A DNA stretch of 64,000 bases from a virus (Duplodnaviria > Caudoviricetes). The DNA is taken from positions 9,114-73,113 of IMG/VR virus record IMGVR_UViG_3300014613_000025. One strand, given 5' to 3'. The position numbers and the translations under genes are program-made. Shown piece after piece: positions 62,392 through 64,000 of the stretch. A model generated the notes under the pieces. It had not been told where the DNA came from, did not search any database, and was given only the letters and a program-made list of their open reading frames with translations. The stretch's first letter is position 1; the number at the start of each line of letters is the position of its first letter.

Positions 62392-63624
62392 ATGGCAATC
62401 ATCGAGAAAGCGCGCATCATCCTTGAGGATGGCACACCGCTAGACCGATGGGATTCGTATTCGATTGACACTGACTTCCTGACTCCTACTGACGGTTGGT
62501 CGTTCACTGTGGGTGGCGAGGAAGCATACGTTGCCAATATAGGCCAACTGCAACCTGACTACCGCGTACAATTGTACGTTGACGGCATGCTCCAACTGAC
62601 CGGGTTCATCGACAACGTGTCAATGTCCAGCACGCCAGAGGGTGGACTGGTCACGACGGTAACGGGGCGCGACATCTTGCGCCCGTTGTGCAAGGCCAAC
62701 ATGCCGCCAGACTTCAAGGTTGACGGCCTTACGATTGAGGCATTGGTCGAGTCGCTGTTGCCTTACTACTACAAGCAAGGCCAACCGAATCTGATCACAG
62801 ACTCACAATCACAGCGTTCGCTGTTGGACGTGGCGGCGTCTGTCAAACCAAAGGACCGCGCCGCTATGCTCAAGAAGCTAGTGGAGCGCACGCGCGCCAA
62901 CCCCGGAGACGGAGCGTTTGAATTCATAGCGCGCAATATCCGGCGGTTTGGTTTGTGGTTGTGGGCCATGCCCAATGGTGACTTGGTACTTGGTGGTCCT
63001 GAGTATGAACAAGCACCAGCGTACAAGATACAACGGCGCAGGGGCGAGCGTTCGGTGGCATACCCCAGCGCAACCTACGAGCGCGACCGCACACAGACAC
63101 CGTCTTTCATCTCCGTTAGGGCCAAGACCACAGCGAAGGAATGGGCGAAGGGCGAAGTGTTCGGTGCCATCGACATGGGGGCTAGAGACCACTGGTTTGT
63201 TGAGCCTGCATACATGCAGAACGACAGCGCCACAACCATGGAAGAGTGCTATGCGTTTGCACTGCAAGAACTAACAAGGTTGACCGAGTCGTCAGAAGTC
63301 TACACTTGCACAGCGGTTGGGCACCGCGACCATGAGACCGGCAATATGTTCCAGGTCAATACCATCGCAACGATTGAAGATGACATCCTTGGAGTGCGAG
63401 GCGACTTCTGGGTCTCTCGCCGCACGTTCCGCAAAGACCTTGGCGGAGGCACGACAACCGAATTGCGACTAGTGCCCAAGGGATCAATTCAATTCGGCGA
63501 GGCAGACTTCCCCCCAGGTTCTCCAGGTGAATCTGAAGAGAAGAAACCTGCACCCATCAGGAACTTTGGCAAACCTCAACCTCGCGTGTTGGCGAATGCA
63601 CCACGCGGAGACGTTGGCAGGTAA
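62392..63624 (+). CDS. Baseplate hub protein (Mu gpP/gp44-like)
   Basis: WDSYSIDTDF...DGWSFT...LTGFID...TGRD...LC. Confidence 0.82.
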   Translation: MAIIEKARIILEDGTPLDRWDSYSIDTDFLTPTDGWSFTVGGEEAYVANIGQLQPDYRVQLYVDGMLQLTGFIDNVSMSSTPEGGLVTTVTGRDILRPLCKANMPPDFKVDGLTIEALVESLLPYYYKQGQPNLITDSQSQRSLLDVAASVKPKDRAAMLKKLVERTRANPGDGAFEFIARNIRRFGLWLWAMPNGDLVLGGPEYEQAPAYKIQRRRGERSVAYPSATYERDRTQTPSFISVRAKTTAKEWAKGEVFGAIDMGARDHWFVEPAYMQNDSATTMEECYAFALQELTRLTESSEVYTCTAVGHRDHETGNMFQVNTIATIEDDILGVRGDFWVSRRTFRKDLGGGTTTELRLVPKGSIQFGEADFPPGSPGESEEKKPAPIRNFGKPQPRVLANAPRGDVGR

Positions 63625-64000
63625 TGGGTAGGCGTCTCCAATCGCTGTTTAGCATTCTGCCAATCAAGCGCACAGACGTTGTGGGCGACGACAAGTCAAC
63701 CATTGTTGCGTTCCAAGAGCAACCGCCCAGCACACCAGGCGACCCGATTGACCTTGGCGCGGACGCTGACGAGTCGACTCCCATCGATTGGTGGCAGCAC
63801 TACGGGTTCCTTTCGCGACCTCCCGATGGCGCAGAGTCGTTGGTGGTGTGGATTGGTTCGCAAGCGTTCTCGCTCGCTTCCCGCGCGCTGGCTGCCGCTG
63901 GCGTGTGGGGCAAGATGACCGCTGGCGACGTTGCGCTTTACAGCGTAGGCAAGAACGCAATACGGCTGAACGCTACCGGGTCTATCTCGATGCTAGTGCC
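63624..64000 (+). CDS. Baseplate spike/assembly protein (Mu gp45-like), 3'-truncated
   Basis: Read by hand: MGRRLQ...WQHYGFLSRPPDGAE...GDVALYS; runs off the window. Confidence 0.75.
   Translation, partial: MGRRLQSLFSILPIKRTDVVGDDKSTIVAFQEQPPSTPGDPIDLGADADESTPIDWWQHYGFLSRPPDGAESLVVWIGSQAFSLASRALAAAGVWGKMTAGDVALYSVGKNAIRLNATGSISMLV

Noticed and set aside
1-64000. Integrase, att site, repressor switch, lysis cassette, rpoN or bEBP gene
   Set aside because: No ORF with the diagnostic motifs was found; they may lie outside the window.

Overview
This 64-kb window is most of the genome of a GC-rich tailed phage with a contractile (Mu-like myovirus) tail. No integrase or lysis genes are visible in it. 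Layout: (1) 1-21.3 kb, + strand: replication and recombination genes (initiator-like protein with iteron-like repeats, primase, DnaB-type helicase, RuvC-like resolvase), many small ORFs, an RNA-repair set (tRNA-like gene, divergent receiver domain, Thg1-like, Rnl2-type ligase) and glycan-locus-type enzymes (B12 radical SAM, SAM methyltransferase, SPASM radical SAM, PtmA-like SDR). (2) 21.3-36 kb, - strand: about 40 small genes. (3) 36-45.3 kb, + strand: NeuA-KdsC fusion, NeuB, a Maf-type glycosyltransferase, a radical SAM protein and a ParB-N protein. (4) 45.7-64 kb: terminases, portal, head, neck, sheath, tube, tape measure and baseplate. The most striking signal is the 23-36 kb leftward region. 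It is an array of 29 sigma54-type (-24/-12, TGGC-N9-GCW) promoters, nearly one per gene. In 18 of them the ATG sits at a fixed +6 behind a 5-nt leader with no room for a Shine-Dalgarno sequence. Five non-coding clusters of an 18-bp palindrome (YAYGRC-N6-GTCRTR) lie at enhancer-like distances, and one promoter drives an 85-nt tRNA-like RNA (acceptor stem, T arm and CCA, but no canonical D or anticodon arm). Second is an apparently self-sufficient nonulosonic (sialic-like) acid synthesis, activation and transfer pathway. All calls were made by eye from motifs; no database searches or computations were run.
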